Positions 34,080-48,437 of a DNA stretch of 64,000 bases are shown here, piece by piece; within the stretch, counting starts at the first letter, position 1; each line of letters begins with the position of its first letter. The notes beneath the pieces were generated by a model. That model ran no database searches. It saw only the letters and a program-made list of their open reading frames with translations, and was not told the origin of the DNA. Location of the stretch: the NCBI RefSeq assembly GCF_009914755.1, contig NC_060932.1; one strand, written 5' to 3'. The translations under genes and the position numbers were made by a program. Source of the DNA: the human T2T-CHM13v2.0 reference genome, Homo sapiens.

Positions 34080-34421
34080 AATAATTTATAAAGAAAAGAG
34101 GTTTAGTTGGCTGTACAGGAAGCATGATGTTGGCATCTGCTCAGCTTCTGGGGAGGCTTCAGGAAACTTTCAATCATGGTGGAAGACAAAGGGAGAGCAA
34201 GCACCTCGCATGGCCGAAGCAGGAGAAAGGAGGAGATGGGGCAGGTGCTACACACTTTTAAACAACCAGATCTCATGAGAATTCACTCACTATTGTGACA
34301 CAGCGCCAAGAGGGAAAATCCACCCCCATGATCCAATCACATCCCACCAGGCCCCACCTTCAACAACGGGGATTACAATTCGACATGAGATTTGAGCGGG
34401 AACACAGATCTAAACCATGTC
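34080..34421 (-). mobile_element. MSTA-type MaLR LTR
   Basis: aatttataaagaaaagaggttt...aaacaaccagatctcatgagaa...gattacaattcgacatgagatttg...aaaccatgtca. Confidence 0.8.
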
Positions 34422-34737
34422 ACTATGTCTGCTCATTTTTCTCCAAAACTCATTCGTTTTATATGTTTAATGTTTATATGTTTAATCTGTGCCCTATTAA
34501 TGTATGGTGCTGATCTGGTGCTACGTACATGTGTCTCTCAGTCTACAAATGTTCTCAATGTAAGATGGCAAAAGGAAAAGGCTTCATCCCCCAGGTCACT
34601 TACCGTGAACACTTTTTGAATGATTACTTTGCATTTTTGTGCCACATAATATCCTAATGCCTTGTATGTGTTAATTTATTGGTTCCTCATGTCTCTGAAT
34701 GAGGCACTGTACTAGCTACAGTTCAAACCTTAGTAAG

Positions 34738-35125
<388 letters not shown>

Positions 35126-35223
35126 TTACAGTGCCTAACGCTGTGCCTAGTGGGAAGACAAAAAGTATTATTTTGACTTAATTCAGCCAACATTTATTGA
35201 GAGTCTAAATTAAAAGAATTTTG

Positions 35224-35815
35224 GTTTGGTTCCAAGTCTTTGCTATTGTGAATAGTGCCGCAATAAACATACGTGTGCATGTGTCTTTATAGCAGCATGA
35301 TTTATAGTCCTTTGGGTATATACCCAGTAATGGGATGGCTGGGTCAAATGGTATTTCTAGTTCCCAAATGTCCAACAATGATAGACTGGATTAAGAAAAT
35401 GTGGCACATATACACCATGGAATACTATGCAGCCATAAAAAATGATGAGTTCATATCCTTTGTAGGGACATGGATGAAATTGGAAACCATCATTCTCAGT
35501 AAACTATCGCAAGAACAAAAAACCAAACACCGCATATTCTCACTCATAGGTGGGAATTGAACAATGAGATCACATGGACACAGGAAGGGGAATATCACAC
35601 TCTGGGGACTGTGGTGGGGTCGGGGGAGGGGGGAGGGATAGCATTGGGAGATATACCTAATGCTAGATGACACATTAGTGGGTGCAGCGCACCAGCATGG
35701 CACATGTATACATATGTAACTAACCTGCACAATGTGCACATGTACCCTAAAACTTAGAGTATAATAAAAAAAAATAAATAAATAAAAAATAAATAAATAA
35801 ATAAATAAATAAATT
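35224..35815 (+). mobile_element. L1HS Ta-subfamily insertion, 5'-truncated with 5' inversion (inverted ~35224-35362, forward 35363-35815)
   Basis: Ta diagnostic ACA (gatgacACAttagtgggtgcagcgcaccagc, 35672-35674) and L1HS G (aacttaGagtataat, 35757). TSD aaaagaattttg at 35212-35223 and 35816-35827, at a TT/AAAA site. Confidence 0.95.
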
Positions 35816-35840
35816 AAAAGAATTTTGATAGACACTGTGG

Positions 35841-36060
35841 AGCAGTGGGTCTCAAGGAGGAGTGACTTTTCTTTCAGAGGACATTTGACAATGTCTGAAA
35901 ACATTTTTTGTTTTCACGGTTGGGAAGAAGGTGCTATTGGCATCTAGTGGGTAGGGCCAGTGACTCTGCTAAGCATTCTACAATGTGTAGGACCCCTCCC
36001 CACAGCAACAAAGAACTACCCAGCCCCAAATGTCAATAGTGCTGAGGTTGAGAAGTCGTG
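35841..36060 (+). mobile_element. MER20
   Basis: cagtgggtctcaa...gacatttgacaatgtctg...ggcatctagtgggtag...aaatgtcaatagtgctgaggttgagaa. Confidence 0.8.
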
Positions 36061-37353
36061 CTGCAGGGCACGACTTCGAGGTTAACATTACAGCTTGAAT
36101 GCTAAGTTCTAGGAGGACAGGTGCTGTATCTGTCTTATTCATAGTGGAATACCCAGGCTAAGTCCAGTACCTTCCACCTAACAGGGATTCAGTAAACAGC
36201 TCTTACATTATTGCATGTAGTGAAATAAATAAGGTAAATATACACATGACTCAAAGATAACATGGAAAAGGAAAGTCCCATGAAAAGAATATAAATAAAG
36301 TGCTTTGGGACTTCAAGGCACAAGAAATCACCTCCAATTGAGCAGAAAAAGAAAGACCACGCAAAAGACGGCATCTGAGATGGAATAGGAAGGGCAATTA
36401 TGGTTTCAGCAAGAGGAGAGGGTGAGAAAATCACATGAAAGTAGAGGAAAAACCTGGGAGAAACACTGATGATTGAGGAGCTGTCCAGTTAGGGTGGTGC
36501 AGGGAATAAGTAGGAAAGGGAGGAGAAACAGCTTGGAAAAGTAGATTGGATCTCATAATTGTAACATACCATGAACACCTGGGTGAATAATTCACATAAG
36601 ACATGTAAAGAATAGGAGGCCGGCAGATCTCAATTGCCCTATTGTAAAATACTTCCAACTAGAGATGTAATGAGGAAGCACTAGGAGTTGGGTTTACAAA
36701 ATATTTGGAATATAAAATCCACATTTCTTGGCAAGTTACTATGTAGAATCAGTATAGCAAGTGAATAAGCCAAAAATGATTACCTACGTTTCATTCTGCA
36801 TAGAAAGAGGAAACTCAGCTTGAAAGGTTTAGGAATGGGAGAACTAATAATTAATTTTGGGCATACAGTGTAAATGAAAGATGTTTAACAGTTTTTGAAC
36901 ATTTCAGAATGCAAGATTCTGAAGCACAGAATAAAAATGAAGGCTAAAGAAAGAAATTTGAAAAAATCTAGATGTTAATGATGGTGCTTATGCAACATAA
37001 AACAGGGAAAGGGTCAAGTGAGAGGCCCACTTTCAGGATTTTGGGGAACTCCTTTGTTTAGTTGACAAGGCAAGCAAACAAAGAAAATGGAAGATGATTG
37101 GGAAGAGAATCAAAATAGTGTTTTGTTAGAGAGAACAAGATGTGAGAGTCTGAAGAAAAGAGGAGGTGATTGGGCCTATGGGATGCTATGGGAAGCTGGA
37201 AAAGATGAGGTCTAAAGACAAATCATTGACCTTGATAATTAAGGGGTAGTTGACAGCTCTGAGTGATCAGTTTATGCACTGTGGTCAGGAAACAAGACAA
37301 ATTATAGGGGTGCAAAGGAGTTGATGAGAAAGTGATAAGGCTTGTTATGATGC

Positions 37354-37450
37354 TGTATTAGGGTCCTTCAGATAAAGAGAACCAATAGGAGACAGATACA
37401 CATATACATACATACATATATTATCATATACGTGTGTGTGTATATATATC

Positions 37451-37484
<34 letters not shown>

Positions 37485-37976
37485 TATATATATTAGAAGG
37501 AGATTTATTATGGGAATTGACTCATGCAATTGTGGAGGAGAAGTCCTGCGATATGCCATCTGAAAGCCAGAGAACCCAGGAAAGCTGGTAGTATAATTCA
37601 GTCCAACTCTAAAGACCTGAGATCCAGGAGAGTCGATGGTATAACTCCCACTTCTGGGTGGCAGGAGCAGGGGGCACATTTGGAGTTCAAAGGCCCAAGA
37701 ATCAGAAGTTCCACTGTCCAAGAGCAGGATAAAATGAATGTACCAGCTTAAGAAGAGAGAGAAAATTCACGCTTCTTCTATGTTTTGTTCTATTCATGCC
37801 CTCAGTGGATTGGATGATGCCTGTCCACATTGGTGGGGATGGATCTTCTTTACTCGTTTTAATTATTTAAATGCTAATCTTTTATGGAAACACCCTCACA
37901 GACACATCTGGAAATAATGTTTTACCAGCTATCTGGGCATCTCTCAACCCATTCAAGTTGACATAAAATTAACCAA
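37354..37976 (-). mobile_element. MLT2-type ERVL LTR containing a (TA)n tract (~37400-37492)
   Basis: tgtattagggt...agaaccaatagg...gagatttattatgggaattg...caagttgacataaaattaacca. Confidence 0.8.
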
Positions 37977-40339
37977 CAAGATGGAAATATTGAGATAATA
38001 TTGTAGGGTACATATTTTTTATCTTCCTTCTCTTTGGATTTGCTACTCCATTGCATCTCCATGATAACTTCTGAATGTGAACAATAATGAAAAAGATAAT
38101 TCACTGGGGAAAATATGGATTACCTAAACAACCAATGTCTGAATTGTAAACAGGTTACCTTCCAAATATTAATTTAAGTATTATGGTACTCAAAAATGCT
38201 TTCCTGTACAGAAAAAAAGTGACAAATTGTAATTAGATTTTTAGACCTAGTTAGTCCTCCAAATTATTTAAATCATGACATACTAAAAATAAAATTTTAT
38301 TTTAACTATTATGTCAATTCTATAACATTATTTAGAATGTTATTTTTTAAGCAAAGATAAGTGACATTTTATTTTTTCTCTGTGGCAAGTATTCCTTTGG
38401 GAATTTATGCTTTGGGCAATTATAACTTGAGGATACCAATAGCTTTCACATTAGAGAAACTAGTCCTTTACATTGGCATAAAGAAAAACATTTTACAGTA
38501 TTTGCCTAAGAGGTTAACTTTGTAGCCTAGTCCCTTCCCAGCATATTAAATGGGGCCACAAGAGACCCTTATTATGAAGCCCAGAGATCTCCCCTTCTCC
38601 AACATTGCTCCTTCTTGTTTTATGTAGTCAGTCATAAAGTATGGTCAAAAGTTGGGGAATGCTTCTAGCACACACATATGCACATGCACACATGGGTGTA
38701 CTCATCCACTCAATAAATATATATGAGATGCCAACAGGTAATGATTTTCTTATCCTGAAGGCTAGCTGACCAGAAAAAAAATTGGATTTCTACAAAGTTT
38801 AATGGCTACTGGCCATGGCCCAGTGCTTAAAACAATGGTTCCTGGCTAAATACAAGGCTTGTACCACAGCCGCTCATGATGCCAAGGGTAGGATTCCTGC
38901 ATTCTCAGTCTTGAAGGCCTTATGAGGGGAATTTACGTATTGTCACAACATAGAGTCACAGCCCCTCATCTGAGCAGGGAAAGGGTTGATGTTATCCCAA
39001 ACACAAAACCAAGCTCTCAGGACAGAACTGGAGCCAAAGTTCTGCCACTTTATAATGCCTTTGTATCCAGGAAAGAGGATGATGCTTATGTAATCATGCA
39101 GCTTAAAAGGGCCATAGCCTAAGGGTCAGGGACTCTCTCCTGGAGTCTAACATCTGTACTTGCTAGATCTCTGTGCAAATGCCCTGTAATGCAATGAGCA
39201 ACAGGGGACCTGTTATTGCTCCTGTCTCTATGAGTTTTCCCCATAAACACTATTCCAGCAGGCCTGGTGCATGTGCTGCTTGGCCATTTGCCCTTGATGC
39301 ACAAGTACCAACAATAAATCAGGCACTGGAGACACAGAAGTAAACAAAACACAGTCCCTGCCCTCAAGCTCACATTCTCCTGGGAAAAGAGACAGCCAAT
39401 AAACAAATAAGTAGATAATGTACCAAGTGGTGATAAGTTATCACAGGCATAATAAAGCAGAGGAAGGAAAGAGAGTGGTCACAGGGGTATACAGGGGTGT
39501 TAGTGCCAATCGCTCTTTTAAGGTGATATCTGACCAGTAATCTGAAGGAAGCAAGGGGCTGAGCCATGTGTATGTGTAGGGGAAAGCATTCTTGGCAAAG
39601 AGAACTGAGTTTAAAGACCTTGAGGCAGGAGAATATTTGCTGTGTTTGAGGACAAGCAAAGAAGCTCTTCCTAAGCCAGGAGACGAAGAGCAGAGAAAGA
39701 GTGGTAGAAAATGAAGTCTTTCAGGCCATGGTAAAGGCTTTGGATTTGATTTTGATTCAGATGGAAAGCCATTGGAAGGAGCTGACTCAAATTTCAGAAA
39801 GATCCCTTGGGCTTTCTCTGGAGAAAAGACAGGGCAAGGAGGGTAAGGATGAAATGCAGAAGCAGGGAGTTAGTTAGAGTTGACTGCAATAATCTTGGCA
39901 AGATTCGGTGGCTTGGAGTAGGATGAGTGGTCACAGACATCCTGAGAAGTTGGATTTGGGAAATATTTCCAAGAAAGAGCTGACAGGATTTGCTAATTGA
40001 TTTCATATGGAATATAAAAGAGAAAAGTTAAGGGAATGACATCATCTTTTTTGGCTCAAACAACTGGAAGCCATTTATTGACACAGGGAAACTATGGGAT
40101 GATCAAGTTTCTTGGGGCAGATTGAGTTCAGGTTGGGACATGTTAAGTTAGAACTACCTCTTAGACCAAGAGGAGATGCTACATAGAGAATTATATACAT
40201 GGGTCTGGCCATCAGAGAAGTCATCTGGGCTGAGATATAAATTTTAGGAGTCACCAGCATTCAGTGGCATTTAAGGGCACAGGTGAGATCACCTAGGACA
40301 ACCATGCACAAAATGTGGTCTGAGACTTCTGCTAATCCT

Positions 40340-41072
<733 letters not shown>

Positions 41073-42989
41073 GACCTAGGGAGTAAGTATAGATGGGAAA
41101 GAAAGGAAGACGAAGAAATGAGATAAAATAGTTGAGGAAAAACCAGCAAAGAGAGTGAGGGGGAGCCATCATGGAGGTAAAAAGTTAGCAAGAGAGTATC
41201 CCAGAGGTCAGGTGAAAAAGGTCTTTCAAGAAGGGAGCAATCCATTGCATCACATGCTGCAGAAAGACTAAATAAAATGAGAACTGACAATTCATTCTGA
41301 CAATACAGAAGTCAATAGTGACCCAAATAAGAGCAATTTGTCAGAGCAGGAAAGACAAAAGCCTGACTTAGAGGCTTTTGGAGTTAGAGTGGTCTATCCA
41401 GGCATATATTGTATAAGCAGAGGCAAGGAATAGTATATTCTTAGAGAGAATTAAAGAGATAGTGAGAGAACAGGAAATGGAGAGGGAAGTATAACCAATA
41501 TTTAATTAATTTAGTTTGAAAGTAAAACAGAAGTACAGGATGGTATTCAGACTAAACGTACCATCAAGATAGGGTGTTGTTTTCCAGATGAGGACTATAA
41601 TAATACATTTATATGATGGTGGGAATTATCCAGAAATGGGAGGAGTCATGCTATAAAAGTCTTGTCTTTGGGTAGGCAAGAGAGGATGGGGTCTAATGCT
41701 TAAAAAAGCATGGACAGCTCTTTTATTATTATTATAAGCCAGAAGGAAGAGGATGTGGGTTCAAATGCAACTGGGTGGGTAGATATGGGAGCAGGAGTGT
41801 GTGGAAGTCCTCTTCAGGTTGCTCCTACTTTCTCAGTATGTGAAAGATGGAAGGTTATCAGCTGAGAGTAATGAAGAGGAATGTGATGTTGGACATCTGG
41901 ATGGAGAGGAAAGGTATGAAGTCATCACATTGGAGAGCAAGACAGTGCAGTAACCAGTGAAACAGTAGGATCACAGGGTAGAACTGAGGGCTCACTTGAG
42001 CTTTTTGGTTATGAATTTAAAGTGAGACCAATCAAGCAGAATTGTGTGTTTCCCTGTAGCCACATTTAACTAGCAACATTCAAAGACAACCACACATCTC
42101 AAAATTCTCAACCTCAATTGAGTGCTGAGATTATTTTTGGCCTATTTTGGCACATATTTTATAAATATTTACCTTTCTTTCTCTTTCCTTATCCTTTAAA
42201 GCAATCAACATCTAGCCCTAAAAAAAATGATAACCACATTTAGATATAATCATTCAAGCAGTAAAACTATGTCTCTCTTCTTGAACAACTGACTTAATAA
42301 GGAAGGGAACCTAACCTATTAACAACTGCTCAACAAATCCTGAATAACATAAAATTTTAATATCCATATTTAACTAGGACATCCCCCAACACTACCTACA
42401 CCAAATTAAATTATCATAAACACAAACGCTGCATTATCAATATATTATCATGAACAATTATGCCCTAGTTAAGTCACTTGTTCTGTCTTCTAAGTGTTGT
42501 GCACAGCAATAATGATAATTATAACCACAAAGGTCATATCTATATTCTTTGAGTTTCTAGTCATCCCATTATTACCATGATTGACAGTTTTGCCAGAAGC
42601 ACATTTGTTAAGAGCAATCTAAGTGCTGTAAGGCCCATGTCTAAGAGAATGAAAATGTGTCTGTAATCCTACATACAATGGGGAGATGTAATGCTCATCT
42701 CCCCATTGCCAACTATGATTAGCTATTTGAACTTTGTGATAATTGTCTGGAATCTGGGCCTAAATAAAGATCTTCACATGAGAGTGCTAGAGGTAATCAA
42801 GGCCTTTGTCGACTAGAAACACAAACACAATCTTTTCAAAACCATCGAGAGCCACTACTGTGCCTTGCCTACAATCTACTGTCCACTGAGGCCTTTTCAC
42901 TGGGGGTCCTTGAGACTCAATCCCTGGGGCTCTGCACTTCTACTCGTCTGCATACTCCATTTTATAATCATCACTAAGAATGACAAACA

Positions 42990-43268
42990 CTCCAAGGACA
43001 AATACTGTATGATTCCACATATATGGGGTACCTGGAGAAGTCCAATTCATAGAGACAGGCAGTAGAATAGAGGCTAGCAGGGGTTGGGGATGAGAAATGT
43101 GGAGTTATCTACTGGGCACAGGATTTCAGTTTGGGAGGATGAAAAAGCTCTGGAGATGAATGGTTGTGATGGCTGCTCAACAATGTGAAACTCCTTAATG
43201 CCACAAAACTGTACACTTAAGATGGTAAATTCTATATTATATATGTTTTACCACAATTTTTAAAAAAA
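42990..43268 (+). mobile_element. L1MB-type 3' end
   Basis: ggacaaatactgtatgattccac...tttcagtttgggaggatgaaaaagctctggagatg...actgtacacttaa. Confidence 0.75.
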
Positions 43269-43455
43269 AGAATACCAGGCATTCAACATCTCAACTTATT
43301 TTCTCTACTCAATTTAGTGAAAACCACCAGTTAGCTGGAATGCAATGAGCATTTGGCACTTGTCTAGCTCTCCAGCATCTCTAAAACAAACTCCTTATAT
43401 TTGAGAAATTCCACCATGTGAGACTTGCCTTCTCAAATTGAGAAGGTAGAAGATA

Positions 43456-43826
43456 CGCTATGGTTTGAATGTTTGTCTTATTTATAATTTATACTAAAAC
43501 TTAATTTCCAATGTAACAGTATTAAGGGGTATGGCCTTTAAGAGGTGATTCATGGATTAATGGATTAATAGATTATCAAGAGAGTGGGTCTGTTAAAAAA
43601 AAAAAAAAGGCATTTTGGTTCTCAGAGCACCTCCTTCACCCGTGATGCATTTCACCACGTTACAGTGTAGCATGAGGCCTTCACCAGAAGTCGACCAGAT
43701 GCAGCTGTCCAATCTTGAACTTCCCAGTCTCCAGAACCATAAACCAAAGTGAACCCCTTTTAAAAAAATATATAAATTACCCAGCTTCAAGTATTCTGTT
43801 ATAGCAACATAAAACACACTAAGACA
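43456..43826 (+). mobile_element. MST-type MaLR LTR
   Basis: gctatggtttgaatgtttgtc...attctgttatagcaac...ctaagaca. Confidence 0.75.
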
Positions 43827-46023
43827 AGATGTATATTCCTTGCAGCTCAGGCACCACACATGACTAAGGTTTCATATCAGACACACCAATGGGAACCTTC
43901 AATTTGGAATTGAGCAACCTATGCAAGCCAGGCTGTGATGAAATCCATCTTCTGACAAAGGTGGCAACTTTTTCCTGACTGGAAAATATGTCAATCCATT
44001 AGTAGGATATAAACTAATTTAGAAAATCACAACCAGTAAATTTTAAAAAAGAAATAGAACAGGGAAAAAAGTTTAAATCTCATAGAGTAAGGATAAGAAT
44101 ATTTACATATTAAAATATACATGTATATGTGAAAGCCATGATGCACAGTGTATTTCTTACTGAGAGTACCAGGCAAAATTCCTTTAACAGGCTCCTTTTC
44201 TGTATTAAATAACTAGAGTGGATTGTATTGTTTGCAACTAAGAATCTGTGATAATATATCTGATACCATGTCTAGTATGAGCAGACCAAAGAAGAAGTCT
44301 CCTTTTCATCTCTTTCCATCTTTCTCTAAATGCTGCTGATTCATTGTCTAGTACTATGTTTAATATCAGAGAGAATGTTAACTCATTTCTAATATACATG
44401 TCACAGTCTATTTGAAGGGCAGTCAGGAAGAAATTTTACATAAAACTACAATTGTATGCCTTTTATGTATACTCATGTCAGTAATGTTAGTTATACTTGC
44501 CTTAAATTTTTCTCAAATCATCAAGTTATACAAAACTAAAATTGGAGGCCATGATCACCAATTGTTTATGCATTTTTTTTCCTAATGAGAATCTTTATCC
44601 CTCCCAAGAGTACTTTTGATTCCCCTGTGAGTGGAGTTAGAATGGTCTATCCATGCATATGCTGTGGTTAAGCTGTTCATTTTACATAAATCCTAGCCAG
44701 ATTAACTTTGAATAAGGAATGCATTTCTAGTTTTTGTCTATAGCAAGCAAGTTAACATAGTATGTGGCTCCCATTACTTGAATATATTGCCATGCAATAT
44801 CTGTCAAAACTTGTGCAAGTTTTGGATTGCCTAAAGAGCATGTAGCCCTCTACATACGTTAAAATTCACCCCTGCATTAAATCAGATGAGCAGAATTGTG
44901 TCCCTAGAATGTATAGATTTTTTCCCATATTTAACTACTTTGTATATGAGTGGGATGCCTTCCACATTAGGAATGCATTGGCCTTGGTTCCATTTTATTA
45001 CCCCATGTTTGTTTTTAGCTTTTTTTCTCATGCCGCTCTTTTGTGTTATTCTGCTGTATTTCATATACTCTTGCCAACTACCTTAAAGACTTCTTTGGAA
45101 TAAGACAAAGTATAAACAAACAAACAAACAAGCTCCCTTTCTTTCCCTTTCCACAGCCCCCACACACATAAGGCTCAATTCAATGTATGCCTCAATTACT
45201 GTAAAAATCTTCTGGCTGGTTTCCCTGCCTCTATTTTCTCCTCTCACAAATGTTTGATTCTTCTTCTTCAATATTGTTTTCATCACTTCACCCAGCTGCT
45301 CAAAATCCACAGTTGCTTGGTAATGTCGCTGTAGTAGATATATCTTCAGGCTTACATTCAGAATCCTCCATCAGTTGCCCACACACTTCCAATTTTATCT
45401 CTCATGCTCGCTAACAAGGTGCTTCTGTTCTGATAATTCAAAATGATTGCCATGCTTTCTACCTACCTCTTACAATTTTGCAAAACCCAACTCCAGAGAC
45501 AACTGTTTGTGTTACCTTTGGAAAACCATTTAACCTTACTGAGCTTCATTTCTTCAATTGGAAAATGGGAATAAAACTTTACATGGTTTTTATGAGACAA
45601 CATAGCACATGAAAGTGCCTAGATTAACTAACGAACTAAATGAATAAAAATGTCTGTCTTCTAAAGTGCCTGGCACATAGTCAGCACCCAATAAAAAGTA
45701 ATTCAGAATATACTATCCTTTGCCTTTTCTCACACTATTTGCACAGTCCTGAAAAGCTCTGCTCCCTCCTCCGCCATGAGTCCCTAAAGAGCAGGCAATA
45801 ATTACACAGGCCTTGAGGTCAAAGGGAGATATGAATCCAGACACACTCTGCCTTCCACTGAGTGACTTTAGGCAGATGACGTCAGCATCCACCTGTGTGG
45901 TCCATTTCTGAGGACCCAGGAGCATACAGAAGGATGCCCAAGACATGACCTATTCAGTCTTTGGAACACAGTCAGTGCTGTATCTTCTGCTGCTGTTTCC
46001 TTTATATTAAAAATTAATGTGTC

Positions 46024-46324
46024 AGCTGGGCGTGGTGACTCTCTCCTGTAATCCCAGCACTCTGGGAGGCTGAGGCGGGTGGATCACCTGAGGTCTGGAG
46101 TTCAAAACCAGCCTGACAAACATGGCAAAATCCCGTCTCTACTAAAATACAAAATTAGCTGGGAGGGGTGGTGCATGCATATAATTCCAGCTACTCAGGA
46201 GGCTGAGACAAGAGAATCACTTGAACCCAGGAGACGGAGGTTGCAGTGAGCCAAGATTGTGCCACTGCACCCCAGTCTGGGCAACAAGAGTGAAACTCTG
46301 TCTCAAAAAAAAAGAAAAAAGAAA
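46024..46324 (+). mobile_element. AluSx
   Basis: ggatcacctgaggtc; perfect TSD aaaaattaatgtgtc at 46009-46023 and 46325-46339. Confidence 0.92.
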
Positions 46325-46971
46325 AAAAATTAATGTGTCTTGTTTTATTTAGTTTGAGATAAGGTGGCTGAGTTTTTCCTTTATCTGTGGCACCTAGGAA
46401 AGGTAGCTGCTAAGGCAAAATAACCAATATATTAGATATTAGCAGTAAAATTTCATTTTCTAGCTACTAGGAAGCTGGGAACAAGCCTGGCAGTAACCGT
46501 ATCACCTCTCAAAGAACCCCAGACTAAGCTATAAGAATACACATAAAATGGGACTCTGATGAAATAGGACCTTCAAATAATACAATACCTTACTCCCAAA
46601 CCATTCTGTTCAATTTACTTAACCACAGGTAAGCATCTCATATTACTTTTGTATATTCAAAATATAGATCTTGACCCTGAGCTGGTGCTTTGTGTTTATT
46701 TTTTAACTGAATATAGGCTTTGTCACCTCTAAAAATATGTGAAACAAATCACAAAAGTTACTCTTGTTCTGTGACAGAGCACCCTTGCAAAGAGTTTTTC
46801 CAATTCATTAGACCTAAAGACAGTCTATGAAGCCAATAAATTTTGCACTGCCATAGCCTTCACATATATATCTGCTAATTCTAATACTGCACCTTTCTAT
46901 AGCTCCTAATATCACTAAATATTGAATTTCTGCCTGTAGTTGGTACTGGAAAAATCCCACAGTAAAACCTT

Positions 46972-47353
46972 TGTCTTAGTCCATTTTGTGTTGCTGTAAC
47001 AGAATACCATAGATTGGGTAATTAAAAATGAATTCAAATTCATTCATTCACAGTTCTAATAAAGGCTTGGAAGTTCAAGATCAAGGTGCTAGCATCTGGT
47101 AAGGACCTTTTGCTGCATTATACCATGACAGAAGGCAGAAGGGCAAATAGAGGGTGAGAAAGAAAAATCAAGAAAGAGAGAAGGGATCAAACTCATCCTT
47201 TTATAAAAAACCCATTCCTGCAATAACAGCATGAATCCATTCACTCCACCCACATGACCTAATCACTTCTCATTAGGTCTCACGTTGCAACACTGTTACA
47301 ATGGAGATTAAGTTTCCACATATGCTTTTGGAGGGACACATTCAAGCCACAGC
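46972..47353 (-). mobile_element. MST/MLT1A-type MaLR LTR
   Basis: tgtcttagtccattttgtgttgctgtaacagaatacc...gggacacattcaagccacagc. Confidence 0.75.
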
Positions 47354-47499
47354 GACCCTCACCACCTACCCTAGCCTACCTTATCCCAAACTCCTAGCTG
47401 ACTTGCAATACAATATGAAATAAGCAGAGTAACAGAATTCAATTTCCTTTAGGCTCATTCCTCAACTCCTCTTAAGTCCACTCGGATTTATTTTACATT

Positions 47500-47977
47500 G
47501 TGAGTTATGGGTTGAGTCAAGTCCCCTTGAAATGATATGTTGAACTCTTAATCCCCCCAGTACCTCCAGAATATGACCTTACTTGGAAATCGAGTCATCA
47601 CAGATGTAATTCATTAAGATGAAGTCATACCACAGGAGGATGAGCCATTAATCCAATATGACTGATGCCCTTTTAAGAAGAGGAAAGAGACACAGAGAAG
47701 AGCAGCCATGTAAAGACACAGAGACACAGAGAAGAAAGCCATGTGAAGACAGAGGCAGAAATTAGAGTTATGCTGCCACAAGCCAAGGAACATCTAAGGC
47801 TCCCAAAACTGGAAGAGGCAAGAAAAGATTGTCCCTTAGAGGCTTTGGAGGGAGCATGGCCCCAGATACCTCTTGATATTAGACTCAGCCTCCAGAACTG
47901 TGAGGCAAAAAGTTTCCGTTGTTTTAGGCCCAGCAGTTTGGGGTAATTTGCTATGGCAGCTCTGGCAAACTAATGCA
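47500..47977 (+). mobile_element. MLT1B/C MaLR LTR
   Basis: gaatatgaccttacttggaaat...gccatgtgaagacagaggcagaaattagag...gcctccagaactgtgag...caaactaatgca. Confidence 0.8.
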
Positions 47978-48282
47978 CTGTGAGTCTGTGCTTATTTCCC
48001 AGACTCGCTCAGAAAATGAACTCATTTTCCACACATATGACACTAGGCAAAATGTGTGTTAATCTTCCCTGCACCATTTTCCATTTTCTTGAGAGTTCTT
48101 TCCTGAAACTCAAAAGTGCTCATGAGTACCAATGAACGAAGGCTACCTTTGCTTTAATGTCCCTACATTTTCTTTCCCAGCAACCAAGAGGTGATGGCTC
48201 AGCACAGTGACATTTTAGGACCGGACTCTCCAATTCAACAGTTAAAAGCCCACACCATGTACACATAAGACACAAGGCATAC

Positions 48283-48437
48283 ATTTCATTGTTTCTATAC
48301 ATCACACACTTTGAGCAACTCAGCATGATACTCTCAATAATATCAGGAAAACTATCCCAGACTCCAGAGAGCTGACCTCTCTTCATCTGGCCTTGTTCAA
48401 TTCGAGAAGGAAAGGCAGCATTGGTCAACTTCACCAT
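48283..48437 (-). other. Candidate internal exon (155 nt, one open frame: MVKLTNAAFPSRIEQGQ...MYRNNE)
   Basis: Good acceptor ttcaacttttgtgttgcag|ATG; weak donor AAT|gtatgc. Non-repetitive sequence; peptide not recognised. Confidence 0.3.

Noticed and set aside
35273-35560. 95-aa ORF across the L1HS inversion junction as a chimeric gene
   Set aside because: Chance read-through of antisense L1 into the ORF2 C-terminus, with no promoter or splice support.
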